In this document: positions 63,571 to 64,000 of the stretch, in pieces
Layout: each line of letters starts with the position of its first letter
Numbering within the stretch: the first letter of the stretch is position 1
Source: Octopus bimaculoides
Lineage: Eukaryota
Direction of reading: 5' to 3'
DNA length: 64,000 bases
NCBI RefSeq assembly: GCF_001194135.2
Contig: NC_068993.1
Location: 208,817 to 272,816, forward strand
Translations under genes and position numbers: made by a program
Notes under the pieces: generated by a model
The model's database searches: none
What the model saw: only the letters and a program-made list of their open reading frames with translations
Told to the model about the DNA's origin: nothing

Positions 63571-63579
63571 ACCGGAAGT
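63571..63579 (+). promoter_or_regulatory. ETS/GABP-type motif ACCGGAAGT
   Basis: Perfect consensus upstream of the ZC3H11A 5' end. A single motif; no TSS evidence. Confidence 0.25.
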
Positions 63580-64000
63580 TTCATGTGTTCTTAGCAATTG
63601 ATCTGAATAAAATGTGCCACATTACCCGACATGCTCAACCCCTTAGGGAGGGGGAAATGCTACGATACAAGAGAGACAACTCCAAAATGGTTATGAGAAC
63701 CAGAAGAAAAAATACTCAGATATGGAACTTGTTTTTAAAGAAATCCAAATTGTTTCTTTCTTGTGACCTTCAAATTTTGATTGGCCCAAAAAAGCGCCTC
63801 TGTTTCTCTCAATAATCCCAAAATGCAATTGTCCAACTGACACTTGAGAATTCCACATGTAGATATAAATATGTTGGCTGCTATGTAAAATTTACTCTAA
63901 ATAAAGTTGTTATTGATGATGATAAACTACAGGTTAACTCTGCTTGAATAAACTTATGTCCAAAGCTGTTCCAATTATGACCACATCCCATCTTTTTTAT

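Noticed and set aside
63585-63815. 76-aa ORF near the window end as the start of another gene
   Set aside because: No motif and no convincing splice structure; it cannot be supported.

Overview
AT-rich eukaryotic genomic DNA with five N-gaps (5198-5635, 6804-6916, 11638-11742, 40243-40342, 47381-48236). The repeat complement suggests an octopus or other coleoid cephalopod; this is an inference from repeat families. Two spliceosomal multi-exon genes lie tail-to-tail. (1) A + strand TPR-repeat gene, best match TTC6. I reconstructed 34 exons by hand from 328 to 39687 with consistent intron phases. Its 5' end is upstream of the window, and one internal exon plus the start of the last exon are probably hidden in gaps. 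(2) A complete - strand ZC3H11A orthologue: 13 coding exons, 56286 to 41309, 1758 nt = 585 aa + stop, with three N-terminal CCCH fingers and the acidic C-terminal motif. The introns contain a decayed Hsmar1-like mariner, a piggyBac element with perfect TIRs and TTAA TSD, a MITE with 92-bp TIRs, a gypsy LTR-gag remnant, RTE/RTE-X/R4-like LINE fragments, several tRNA-derived SINE families, and mini- and microsatellites. The most unusual signals are minimal type-I hammerhead ribozyme motifs (29608-29649 +; decayed copy 10467-10497 -), telomeric (TTAGGG)n islands including one inside a TSD-bounded SINE, a long intronic hairpin directly upstream of an exon, runs of six symmetric exons in both genes, an in-frame TGA in a well-bounded TTC6 exon, and duplicated splice-site regions. 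All splice structures are manual predictions without RNA evidence.
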